Assembly: GCA_946629545.1 (NCBI GenBank)
Contig: CAMOXZ010000001.1
Coordinates: 1-50,186 of the forward strand
Direction of reading: 5' to 3'
DNA: 50,186 nucleotides
Source: an uncultured Bacillales bacterium
Lineage (GTDB): Bacteria > Bacillota_I > Bacilli_A > RF39 > UBA660
The position numbers and the translations under genes were made by a program. Shown in pieces: positions 1 to 9,599 of this stretch. The notes under the pieces were generated by a model. It was not told where the DNA came from and did not search any database. It worked only from the letters and a program-made list of their open reading frames with translations. Position 1 is the stretch's first letter; each line of letters begins with the position of its first letter.

Positions 1-2222
1 ATTACAATTAAAGCAACTGATCAAACAATTAATTATGGTCAATCAATTGCAACTGGAACAGATAAAGTAACAGTTTCAAGTGGAACATTAGTAAGTGGAG
101 ATAGTATAACTGCAATTACATTAGCACAAAGCACAACTAACTACACTACAAATGGAACAATTACACCAAGTGCAGCTACAATCAAGAAATCAAGTACAGA
201 TGTAACAAGCAATTATTCAATTAATTATGCTACAGGTGTATTAAAGATTAATAAAGTAGCAGCAACAAATTCTGTAGCAATTTCTGGTACAAATACATAC
301 GGTAATACATTAACTGCAACTATCACAACAAATAGTGATGGAACTAAGAGTTATCAATGGTATTACAATAGTAGTAATAGTACAAGCGGTGGAACAGCAA
401 TCTCTGGAGCAACAGGAAATACTTATACAATTGGAACAGGTTTAGTAGGTAAATACATTTATGTTAAAGCTAGTGTAGCAGCAGGAACAAACTGGAATGC
501 TGCAACAGATGCTTACGATATAACTGACGCTACTGCAAACTCAACTGCGACAGTAGCAGCAAGAGCTATTACAATTAAAGCAACTGATCAAACAATTAAT
601 TATGGTCAATCAATTGCAACTGGAACAGATAAAGTAACAGTTTCAAGTGGAACATTAGTAAGTGGAGATAGTATAACTGCAATTACATTAGCACAAAGCA
701 CAACTAACTACACTACAAATGGAACAATTACACCAAGTGCAGCAACAATCAGTAAATCTGGAACAGCTATAACTGGTAACTATAATATTAGTTATGCTAC
801 AGGTGTATTAAAGATTAATAAAGTAAATGCAACATGTCCAACAGTATCTAACTATAGTGGACAATATGATGGTGGTACACATACTATTGGAGTAAGTGGA
901 AGTGCTAGTGGTGGAACATTAAAATTCAGTACTGATAATAGTACATGGAGTACAACAAATCCTGCTCTAGGACCAAACGCTGGAACAAATACAACAGTAT
1001 ATGTAAAAGTTGATGGTGATGGAAACCATAACACAGTTAACTGTTACGTAAGTGGAACAACAAGTCCAAAGGTAACAATTACACAAAAGACTGCTACAAA
1101 CTCAGTAGCAATCACAGGAACAAATACTTATGGAAATACATTAACTGCAACTATTACAACAAACAGTAATGGTACTAAGGGATATCAATGGTACTACAAT
1201 AGTAGTAATAGTACTTCAGGAGGAACAGCAATCTCAGGAGCAACAGGAAGTACATATACAATTGGAACAGGATTAGTAGGTAAGTATATCTATGTAGTAG
1301 CGAGTGTAGGAAGTAGTACAAACTACACTACACCAAGTAATTCAACAGATATAACTGACGCTACTGCAAACTCAACTGCGACAGTAGCAGCAAGAGCAAT
1401 TACAATTAAAGCAACTGATCAAACAATTAATTATGGTCAATCAATTGCAACTGGAACAGATAAAGTAACAGTTTCAAGTGGAACATTAGTAAGTGGAGAT
1501 AGTATAACTGCAATTACATTAGCACAAAGCACAACTAACTACACTACAAATGGAACAATTACACCAAGTGCAGCTACAATCAAGAAATCAAGTACAGATG
1601 TAACAAGCAATTATTCAATTAATTATGCTACAGGTGTATTAAAGATTAATAAAGTAGCAGCAACAAATTCTGTAGCAATTTCTGGTACAAATACATACGG
1701 TAATACATTAACTGCAACTATCACAACAAATAGTGATGGAACTAAGAGTTATCAATGGTATTACAATAGTAGTAATAGTACAAGCGGTGGAACAGCAATC
1801 TCTGGAGCAACAGGAAATACTTATACAATTGGAACAGGTTTAGTAGGTAAATACATTTATGTTAAAGCTAGTGTAGCAGCAGGAACAAACTGGAATGCTG
1901 CAACAGATGCTTACGATATAACTGACGCTACTGCAAACTCAACTGCGACAGTAGCAGCAAGAGCTATTACAATTAAAGCAACTGATCAAACAATTAATTA
2001 TGGTCAATCAATTGCAACTGGAACAGATAAAGTAACAGTTTCAAGTGGAACATTAGTAAGTGGAGATAGTATAACTGCAATTACATTAGCACAAAGCACA
2101 ACTAACTACACTACAAATGGAACAATTACACCAAGTGCAGCAACAATCAGTAAATCTGGAACAGCTATAACTGGTAACTATAATATTAGTTATGCTACAG
2201 GTGTATTAAAGATTAATAAAGT
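1..2222 (+). repeat. Long direct in-frame repeat: nt 1-824 are identical to nt 1399-2222 (period 1398 bp = 466 codons). Nested sub-repeats: 1-176 matches 568-743, and 259-567 is similar to 1096-1398
   Basis: A line-by-line comparison of the two copies found no mismatch until nt 825 versus 2223 (gta aat versus gtt gca). Confidence 0.85.
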
Positions 2223-5200
2223 TGCAGCAACATTAACATGTAGTAATAAAACTTATGATGGAACTGAACAAACAGCATGTAGCTGTAGTGGTGGTACAGT
2301 AGGTGGTACATATAAAGCTACATATTATAGTGCAACAGCATATACTGCATCATGTACACCAGATGGTAACCACTCAGCTCCAGAAAATAAGACATGGACA
2401 ATGAGTAAGAGGTCTATTACAATCACTGCAAAACCACAAACAGTTAATTATGGTACAGCAATTAGTAAGACAACAAGTGATGTAACAGTAGCTACTCTTG
2501 GAACTGGTGATACTTTAACTGCAATCACATTAACACAAAGTACAACAAATTACACAACAAATGGAACTATTACACCAAGTGCAGCAACAATTAAGAAATC
2601 AAGCACTGATGTAACAGGAAACTATACTATAAGTTATGCTACAGGTGTATTAAAGATTAATAAAGTTGCAGCAACATTAACATGTAGTAATAAAACTTAT
2701 GATGGAACTGAACAAACAGCATGTAGCTGTAGTGGTGGTACAGTAGGTGGTACATATAAAGCTACATATTATAGTGCAACAGCATATACTGCATCATGTA
2801 CACCAGATGGTAACCACTCAGCTCCAGAAAATAAGACATGGACAATGAGTAAGAGGTCTATTACAATCACTGCAAAACCACAAACAGTTAATTATGGTAC
2901 AGCAATTAGTAAGACAACAAGTGATGTAACAGTAGCTACTCTTGGAACTGGTGATACTTTAACTGCAATCACATTAACACAAAGTACAACAAATTACACA
3001 ACAAATGGAACTATTACACCAAGTGCAGCAACAATTAAGAAATCAAGCACTGATGTAACAGGAAACTATACTATAAGTTATGCTACAGGTGTATTAAAGA
3101 TTAATAAAGTAGCAGCAACATTAACATGTAGTAATAAAACTTATGATGGAACAGAACAAACAGCATGTAGCTGTAGTGGTGGTACAGTAGGTGGAACATA
3201 TAAAGCAACAAATTATAGTGCAACAGCATATACTGCTTCATGTACACCAGATGGAAACCATACTGCTCCAGATAATAAGACATGGACAATGAGTCAAAGA
3301 GCCATTACAGTAACAGCAGGAAGTACTAGTCGTGCATGGAATGGAAATGCATTAACTAATAGTTCTTGTACTATAACAAGTGGTTCATTAGGAACTGGTG
3401 ATAGTGCACCAACATGTGCGATGACTAGTGGAAGTACAATAACAGTAGCAAGTACAACAATAGGACAAAGTGCTAGTGTAAATAATACAATCAACACAGT
3501 AACAATCATGAAAGGAAGCACAAATGTAACAAGTAACTATAACATTACTAAAGCAAATGGAACATTAACAATTTCTTATGCAACTCCAACAGTTAATTTA
3601 ACTGCAAAAGAAACTGCATGGACAGGAAATGCAATTACTGCTAATAATGCAAGTGCAACTCCAAATTCAAGCCCAACATTTACATATACATACTACACAG
3701 ATAGTAGTTGTAGTACACAAACAACAACTTCTCATGGAGCAAGTGCAACTGGAGGAGCACCAAGTGTAGCAGGACAATACTATGTTAAGGCTAAAGCTAG
3801 TCCTGTAAGCACTAAGACTAATGAGGCTTATAGTGCATGTACTTCTCATAAGATTACAGTACCTACACCAACAGTAAGTTTAACTGCAAAAGAGACTGTA
3901 TATACAGGAAGTGCAATTTCTGCTAATACTGCAACAGTAAGCCCTAACTCAAATCCAACAATTACATATGTATACTACACAGATAGTGGATGTAGTACAC
4001 AAACAACTGCAGCAAATAGTGGTGCATCAGCTAATGGATCTGCACCAGTATATGCAGGACAATACTATGTAAAAGCAAATGCAGCAGCTGTAACAAATAA
4101 GACAGCAGCTGCAAGTAGTGCATGTACTTCTCATAAGATTACTCAAAAACCAATCACAGTAACAGCTGGAAGTACTAGTCGTGCATGGGATGGAAATGCT
4201 TTAACAAATAGCAACTGTACAGCTAGTGCTTTAGGAACAGGGGATTCTGTATCTTGTGCAATGACTAGCGGAAGTACAATAACAGTAGCAAGTACAACAA
4301 TTGGATCAAGTGCTAGTGTAAATAATACAATCAACACTGTAACAATCATGAAGGGTAGTGTTAATGTAACAAATAGTTATAGTATTACTAAAGCAACTGG
4401 TACATTAACAATCACTTATGCTGATCCAACAATTAGATTAACTGCAAAAGAGACAAATTATACAGGTAGTCCTATAGCAGCAAATACTGCAAGTGCAAGT
4501 CCTAATTCAAGTCCAAAATTTACATATTATTACTATACAAATAGTTCATGTACTGCTGGTGAAACTACAACAGCACCAACAAATGCAGGACAATATTATG
4601 TAAAAGCAAAAGCAGATCCTGTAAGTACAAAAACAAATGTTGCTTATAGTCAATGTACTTCTCATAAGATAAACAAGATTACATGTCCAGCACCAAGCGG
4701 TGTAACAATAAGTTCCGCTGGCTCAGTATCATGGACAGGAGTTAGTGCAGCAACTGGTTACCAAATAAGTATAGATAATAGTAATTGGACATCAGCAACT
4801 AGTCCAAAAGATTATAAGAGTACTATCACTGCTGCTACAGGAGCAAGAAATGTATATGTACGTAGTGTATGTAATACAACAAACTATTCAAGTTCAACAA
4901 GTGCTAGTGTATATGGATCTACAACAGTATATAGTGTAAGTTTAACTAAGGGTACTGGTATCAGTTCAGTAAGTGGAGCTGGAAACTATATTACTGGTTC
5001 AACAGCTTCAATTAGTGCAGAAGTATCTACTGGATATACATGGGCTAATTGGACAGGTTCATCTACAATATCAGATAGATCAACAAGTATTACAGTAAAT
5101 GGAAATAAATCATATACTGCTAATACAGTATCAAATATTTATACAATTACATTAGATCAACAAAGTGGTTCTGGTGGTACTACAGCAATATATGAAAAAT

Positions 5201-8200
5201 ATGCAACAGGATACTATTTAACAAATAGTGGTGGTACAGTATCTAATCAAATGAGTACAAGTGCTAATGGTGTAACTGTACCTACAAGAACTGGTTATGC
5301 ATTTGGTGGATATTATACTAATACAAATGGTGGAGGAACACAATTTATTGGTACTAATGGTAAATTGACTTCATCAGCAAGTACTACACAGTTTACTGCA
5401 AATGGAAATTTATATGCTAAATGGACAGCTAATACATATACATTAACAATCAATGCAAATGGTGGAACATATTCAGGTACTACACCAAGAACAATGACTT
5501 ATAATGAAACTACTAATAATGATATTGGTGTAGCTTCAAGAGGTGGATATACATTCCTTGGATGGTATGATACACAATACACTGGCGGAACGAAAGTATA
5601 TAATGCTAATGGACAAAAGAATACAGATGCAAGTGCTTATTGGACTTCTGATGGTAAGTGGAAGAAAACAAATAATGTAGAAGTATTTGCACGTTGGAAA
5701 CTTCCAACACCTTCTACTCCAACAATAAATGGTGGAGCTACAAAGGTATATGGATCTACAGCTGCAACACTTACATGTAATCAAAATGTAAGTTATACTG
5801 CAGGTACAAAGATGTATTCATTTGGATATTCAACATCAAGTGGTGTAACACCAACAAGTTGGTCAACTCCATCAACTTCAAATCAACATCTTGTTTATAC
5901 AGATTACTTTGGTTCTAGATATTATTACTGTAAAGTATACTTATCAGATGGAACTGCTGCATGGAATTCTGCGGAATCTACAAGTACATCAACAACAGTT
6001 ACAGTAAATAATGCTACTATCACTTTTAACGCTGGTACTGGTGGTACAGTATCTGGTGGTGTAGAAATTAATGGTACACATTATGCATATGTTAATAATG
6101 GAATGACTGGTTTATACAGTACGAAACAAGGTACTACTGCAATTTCAACACCATATTATCCAATTGCAAGTAAGAATGGTTATGGTTTTGATGGTTGGTA
6201 TACTGAAAACTATAGTGACTTAGTTATTACTACTGCTAAAAGTATCAGTGCTAATACTAGTGTAACGGCTGCAAATAGCTACTGGACAATAACATCTGAT
6301 ATAACACTATATGCAAAATATACACCAAATACTGTTACTGTTACATATAGTTGTGGTGATGATGCTTCACCAAAAACTTTCACTAATGGTTTCCCTGTTG
6401 ATACTGAGGTAACTTTACCAAGTACAGGATGTACAAAACCAGGTTATAAATTAAGTGGATGGGCTAGTACACCAGGTGGTTCAGCATTATCTCAAGGTCA
6501 AGTAATTATGGGCCCTGAACCTATGACATTATATGCACTTTATAGCCCTAATACATATACAATTACATTAGATAAACAAAGTGGTACTGGTGGTACTAGT
6601 ACAATTTATGAAAAATATGCTGATGGATATTACTTAACTAATAGTAATGGAACTCTATCAAATAAAATGAGTACTAGTGCTAATGGTATAACAGTACCAA
6701 CAAGAACATATTTCACATTTGGTGGATACTATACTGCAGCAAATGGTGGTGGTACACAATACATTGATGCTAATGGTAAAATAACAAGTAGTGCAAGTTC
6801 TACCAACTTCACATCTAATGGAACATTATATGCTAAGTGGACTCCTAATAGTTATAGTGTTACACTTGATAATAACTATTATCAAAATGATTTGTTTACG
6901 AAATCTAGTACTTTCCATTGGGATGTATCAGTTTCTTCTGCTGCTGATAAAGATGGTGTATATGCAGTTTATCACATGAAACCTAATAATTCTCAGGGTT
7001 CTAACTATGGTTGGACTAATGATTCAAGTGCTAAGGAAGGTAATTATAAGAGCATGGAATTAGCAAAAAATAGTAAGCCAGGATATTCACAAACAGTGAG
7101 TTTATCAGCAAACACAACTTATACTTGGTCTGTTAGATTAAAATCATCTAGTGCAAGAACAATTCAAATTGGTATTGAAAATGGTGGTTTGAAGAGCGTA
7201 GCTCTGACTACTGATTGGCAAACATTTAGTCATACCTTTACACTAACTACTGCAACTACTCAACCTATCTTCTATTTCGATAAGGCAGGTGCCACTAGTG
7301 CATATGATCTTGATATAAAAGATTTATATTTAGTTCAAGGAGATGGTAGTGGAAAGAGTTCAACTGTTTCGGTTCCTTATGGATCAACATTACAAACACC
7401 TACAAGAACTGGATATACATTCCAGGGTTGGTATACAGATCCTATCGGTGGAACTCAAGTAACAACATTTACTGCTACTAATAATCCAACATATTATGCA
7501 CATTGGACAATAAATACGTATAGATTTGAAATGCAAAATTATTTTAATAATACAATAGCAAATTATGAACTGGTTGGATGTGGTCAAGAAGCAATTTGGA
7601 GTCCCGTAATTACATTATGGGGAATCGAAGGATGGAATGATGATGATGGTCACTGGTATTGGAATCTTCCATATAATACTCCATACAAAGTAGAATTAGT
7701 GACTTCAATTGCATCTACAAAAGATTGTACTTTAAGCGGTCCTACTACATATGAAGGACAGATGGGTGCTTCAAACATTTTAATTAATTTATACTATTCG
7801 TTCACTTCGAAAACATATAGCTATACAGGTGGAACACAATCATTTACCGCTCCTGTAACCGGAACATATTCATTTGATGTATATGGAGCTGCAGGTGCAG
7901 GAACTAATAATCGTGGTAATGGTGGTATGGGTGGTCATTCATCTGGTACTAAGGTATTAAACGGTGGTGATACAATATATGTTGTAGTTGGTAAAAAAGG
8001 TGCTACAAATGGTTCTGTCGCCTATAATGGTGGAGGTAAAGGTAATGGCCATAGTGGTTATACTACTCACGCTGGAGATGGTGGTGGCCTTACACATATA
8101 GGAACTGTAAATAACCAATTAAAGAACTATACATCTGCTCAACGTAATAGCACATACGTTTACATCGTTGCCGGCGGCGGTGGCGGTGGTGCAGGATATG

Positions 8201-8583
8201 CAGGTAATAATGGTGGTACTGGAGGAGGCGAATCTGGTACTAAAGGTGGCGGCTCTTGGGGCGGCGGCGGCGGTACTCAATCCGCCGGTGGTGCTTGGAA
8301 CGGAAGTAGTTCTAATAGTAGTGGAAAAGGTGCATTTGGCCAAGGAGGTCATGCTGTATCAATGAGCTCGTGTGATCACGATCGTATATACGGTGGCGGC
8401 GGCGGCGGCGGCTGGTATGGCGGCGGCGCCGGTGACTATGCTTGTAAGGTAGCAAATCGTAATAAAACTGGTGCCGGTGGTGGTGGTTCCGGATATGTCG
8501 GAGGTGTCACTAACGGTGTCATGGAAAACGGTACGGGCCCTGATAGTAATGGTTCAGCCACAATCACATTGACATCTTACTAA
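1..8583 (+). CDS. Giant repetitive surface/secreted protein, 5'-truncated by the window edge (at least 2860 aa here). Modules: MBG (YGX-type) repeats, Ig-like YQWYY repeats, an FN3-like module (~4680-4920), multiple Listeria-Bacteroides (InlB B-type) repeats (~4920-6850 and 7345-7520), a CBM-like jelly roll (~6870-7340), and a C-terminal glycine-rich domain (~7810-8580)
   Basis: Frame 1 is open from nt 1 to the TAA at 8581-8583. My translation of the parts of 1-2400 I read (nt 1-~260 and 781-1080; the rest rests on nucleotide identity with repeat units I did translate) gives ITIKATDQTINYGQSIATGTDKVTVSSG...YATGVLKINK...YQWYYNSSNSTSGG with no stop and no Met. The track start at 2401 is therefore only the first in-frame ATG. 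Recognised motifs are ITI(K/T)A..QT.NYG...Y.I.YATGVLKINK (MBG) and GY.F.GWYT...GG...LYAKWT (Listeria-Bacteroides repeat). Confidence 0.9.
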   Translation: MTIKATDQTINYGQSIATGTDKVTVSSGTLVSGDSITAITLAQSTTNYTTNGTITPSAATIKKSSTDVTSNYSINYATGVLKINKVAATNSVAISGTNTYGNTLTATITTNSDGTKSYQWYYNSSNSTSGGTAISGATGNTYTIGTGLVGKYIYVKASVAAGTNWNAATDAYDITDATANSTATVAARAITIKATDQTINYGQSIATGTDKVTVSSGTLVSGDSITAITLAQSTTNYTTNGTITPSAATISKSGTAITGNYNISYATGVLKINKVNATCPTVSNYSGQYDGGTHTIGVSGSASGGTLKFSTDNSTWSTTNPALGPNAGTNTTVYVKVDGDGNHNTVNCYVSGTTSPKVTITQKTATNSVAITGTNTYGNTLTATITTNSNGTKGYQWYYNSSNSTSGGTAISGATGSTYTIGTGLVGKYIYVVASVGSSTNYTTPSNSTDITDATANSTATVAARAITIKATDQTINYGQSIATGTDKVTVSSGTLVSGDSITAITLAQSTTNYTTNGTITPSAATIKKSSTDVTSNYSINYATGVLKINKVAATNSVAISGTNTYGNTLTATITTNSDGTKSYQWYYNSSNSTSGGTAISGATGNTYTIGTGLVGKYIYVKASVAAGTNWNAATDAYDITDATANSTATVAARAITIKATDQTINYGQSIATGTDKVTVSSGTLVSGDSITAITLAQSTTNYTTNGTITPSAATISKSGTAITGNYNISYATGVLKINKVAATLTCSNKTYDGTEQTACSCSGGTVGGTYKATYYSATAYTASCTPDGNHSAPENKTWTMSKRSITITAKPQTVNYGTAISKTTSDVTVATLGTGDTLTAITLTQSTTNYTTNGTITPSAATIKKSSTDVTGNYTISYATGVLKINKVAATLTCSNKTYDGTEQTACSCSGGTVGGTYKATYYSATAYTASCTPDGNHSAPENKTWTMSKRSITITAKPQTVNYGTAISKTTSDVTVATLGTGDTLTAITLTQSTTNYTTNGTITPSAATIKKSSTDVTGNYTISYATGVLKINKVAATLTCSNKTYDGTEQTACSCSGGTVGGTYKATNYSATAYTASCTPDGNHTAPDNKTWTMSQRAITVTAGSTSRAWNGNALTNSSCTITSGSLGTGDSAPTCAMTSGSTITVASTTIGQSASVNNTINTVTIMKGSTNVTSNYNITKANGTLTISYATPTVNLTAKETAWTGNAITANNASATPNSSPTFTYTYYTDSSCSTQTTTSHGASATGGAPSVAGQYYVKAKASPVSTKTNEAYSACTSHKITVPTPTVSLTAKETVYTGSAISANTATVSPNSNPTITYVYYTDSGCSTQTTAANSGASANGSAPVYAGQYYVKANAAAVTNKTAAASSACTSHKITQKPITVTAGSTSRAWDGNALTNSNCTASALGTGDSVSCAMTSGSTITVASTTIGSSASVNNTINTVTIMKGSVNVTNSYSITKATGTLTITYADPTIRLTAKETNYTGSPIAANTASASPNSSPKFTYYYYTNSSCTAGETTTAPTNAGQYYVKAKADPVSTKTNVAYSQCTSHKINKITCPAPSGVTISSAGSVSWTGVSAATGYQISIDNSNWTSATSPKDYKSTITAATGARNVYVRSVCNTTNYSSSTSASVYGSTTVYSVSLTKGTGISSVSGAGNYITGSTASISAEVSTGYTWANWTGSSTISDRSTSITVNGNKSYTANTVSNIYTITLDQQSGSGGTTAIYEKYATGYYLTNSGGTVSNQMSTSANGVTVPTRTGYAFGGYYTNTNGGGTQFIGTNGKLTSSASTTQFTANGNLYAKWTANTYTLTINANGGTYSGTTPRTMTYNETTNNDIGVASRGGYTFLGWYDTQYTGGTKVYNANGQKNTDASAYWTSDGKWKKTNNVEVFARWKLPTPSTPTINGGATKVYGSTAATLTCNQNVSYTAGTKMYSFGYSTSSGVTPTSWSTPSTSNQHLVYTDYFGSRYYYCKVYLSDGTAAWNSAESTSTSTTVTVNNATITFNAGTGGTVSGGVEINGTHYAYVNNGMTGLYSTKQGTTAISTPYYPIASKNGYGFDGWYTENYSDLVITTAKSISANTSVTAANSYWTITSDITLYAKYTPNTVTVTYSCGDDASPKTFTNGFPVDTEVTLPSTGCTKPGYKLSGWASTPGGSALSQGQVIMGPEPMTLYALYSPNTYTITLDKQSGTGGTSTIYEKYADGYYLTNSNGTLSNKMSTSANGITVPTRTYFTFGGYYTAANGGGTQYIDANGKITSSASSTNFTSNGTLYAKWTPNSYSVTLDNNYYQNDLFTKSSTFHWDVSVSSAADKDGVYAVYHMKPNNSQGSNYGWTNDSSAKEGNYKSMELAKNSKPGYSQTVSLSANTTYTWSVRLKSSSARTIQIGIENGGLKSVALTTDWQTFSHTFTLTTATTQPIFYFDKAGATSAYDLDIKDLYLVQGDGSGKSSTVSVPYGSTLQTPTRTGYTFQGWYTDPIGGTQVTTFTATNNPTYYAHWTINTYRFEMQNYFNNTIANYELVGCGQEAIWSPVITLWGIEGWNDDDGHWYWNLPYNTPYKVELVTSIASTKDCTLSGPTTYEGQMGASNILINLYYSFTSKTYSYTGGTQSFTAPVTGTYSFDVYGAAGAGTNNRGNGGMGGHSSGTKVLNGGDTIYVVVGKKGATNGSVAYNGGGKGNGHSGYTTHAGDGGGLTHIGTVNNQLKNYTSAQRNSTYVYIVAGGGGGGAGYAGNNGGTGGGESGTKGGGSWGGGGGTQSAGGAWNGSSSNSSGKGAFGQGGHAVSMSSCDHDRIYGGGGGGGWYGGGAGDYACKVANRNKTGAGGGGSGYVGGVTNGVMENGTGPDSNGSATITLTSY
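2221..3290 (+). repeat. Tandem 444-bp (148-codon) repeat: copies 2221-2664 and 2665-3108 are identical. A diverged partial third copy spans 3109-~3290
   Basis: Direct comparison of the nucleotide lines. The protein unit VAATLTCSNKTYDGTEQTACSCSGG...KTWTMSKRSITITAKPQTVNYG...GVLKINK repeats exactly. Confidence 0.9.
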
Positions 8584-8595
8584 ACACCGTAATAA

Positions 8596-8625
8596 AAATA
8601 CTGACTAAATGTCAGTATTTTTTTG
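8596..8625 (+). terminator. Intrinsic terminator of the giant gene
   Basis: 10-bp stem aaatactgac/gtcagtattt with loop taaat, followed by a T-run. Confidence 0.8.
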
Positions 8626-8729
8626 TGTTAATTATTAGGTTTTTATTGTATAATATTTATGTAAATAGATGTTTATTTTGTCTTTATAAGTGTATTGATA
8701 AGTCATTTATTGTGGTTTAAGGTGGTTAT

Positions 8730-9557
8730 ATGGAGAAGTATAAAGAGATAGAAAGAAGTATAATAAAGAAATATCGTAAAGATATTTGGAGTTTATTTGT
8801 TAAAGCTTGTCAGGAATTTGAACTTATTCAAGAAAATGATAAGATAATGGTTTGTATAAGTGGAGGAAAAGATTCATTTTTATTAGCTAAATGTATGGAA
8901 GAGATTAAAAGACATGGTAAAGTTAATTTTGACTTATGTTTTGTATGTATGAATCCTGGATATAGTGAAAAGAATAGAAAACTTATATTAAGTAATGCTA
9001 AAAAGATGAATATTGATCTTGAGATGTTTGATTCTGATATCTTTGATATAGTAAAAGATGTTGATAGAAGTCCATGCTACTTATGTGCTAGGATGAGAAG
9101 AGGTTGTCTATATAATAAAGCTAAAGAACTTGGATGTAATAAAATAGCACTTGGTCATCACTTTGATGATGTTATTGAAACTATTCTATTATCTATGTTT
9201 TATGGGGCTGAGATTAAGACTATGATGCCTAAACTACATAGTGAAAACTTTGAAGGATTAGAACTTATTAGACCCTTATATTTTGTTCATGAAGAGGCAG
9301 TTAAATCCTGGGCTAAATTTAATGGTTTGACCTTCCTAAACTGTGCTTGTAGGTTTACAGAAGAGAACTATGAAAAGGTGGAAACTGATAGTAAGAGATT
9401 AGAAATGAAAAGATTAATTAAGAAATTAAAAGAGTCTAATCCAAATATTGATTATAATATTTATAAAGCACTTGATAATATTAATTTAGATTGTGTAATT
9501 GGATATAAGAAAGAAAAGCAAAAATATAGTTTTTTAGAAGATTATGATAAAAAGTAA
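8730..9557 (+). CDS. ttcA: TtcA-family PP-loop ATPase (tRNA 2-thiocytidine synthetase-like)
   Basis: SGGKDS PP-loop, CYLCARMRRG and ALGHHFDDVIETILLSMFYG...MMPKL motifs typical of TtcA. Confidence 0.8.
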   Translation: MEKYKEIERSIIKKYRKDIWSLFVKACQEFELIQENDKIMVCISGGKDSFLLAKCMEEIKRHGKVNFDLCFVCMNPGYSEKNRKLILSNAKKMNIDLEMFDSDIFDIVKDVDRSPCYLCARMRRGCLYNKAKELGCNKIALGHHFDDVIETILLSMFYGAEIKTMMPKLHSENFEGLELIRPLYFVHEEAVKSWAKFNGLTFLNCACRFTEENYEKVETDSKRLEMKRLIKKLKESNPNIDYNIYKALDNINLDCVIGYKKEKQKYSFLEDYDKK

Positions 9558-9570
9558 TCTTTTTTTTTGT

Positions 9571-9599
9571 TTGACATAAACTACCGATATCGGTATAAT
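9571..9599 (+). promoter_or_regulatory. Consensus sigma-A promoter (TTGACA-17-TATAAT). A perfect 14-bp palindrome TACCGATATCGGTA (9582-9595) spans the spacer and the -10 element
   Basis: TTGACA at 9571-9576, a 17-nt spacer, TATAAT at 9594-9599. SD gaggtgg at 9606-9612 and ATG at 9617. Confidence 0.7.

Noticed and set aside
2401-2403. ATG 2401 as the start of the giant gene, as listed in the ORF track.
   Set aside because: The frame is open and homologous (same repeat units) all the way to nt 1. There is no SD or promoter before 2401, and the same TWTMSKRS sequence recurs internally at 2845.
852-8365. Short ORFs from the track nested in or antisense to the giant gene: 852-1034, 3101-3289, 3294-3521, 3667-3849, 4143-4349, 5536-5784, 6791-6979, 7390-7587, 8119-8352 and 8168-8365.
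   Set aside because: All lie inside a continuous 8.6-kb ORF with clear domain homology. Their products are low-complexity mirror images of the repeats or of the (GGC)n island, and none has an SD.
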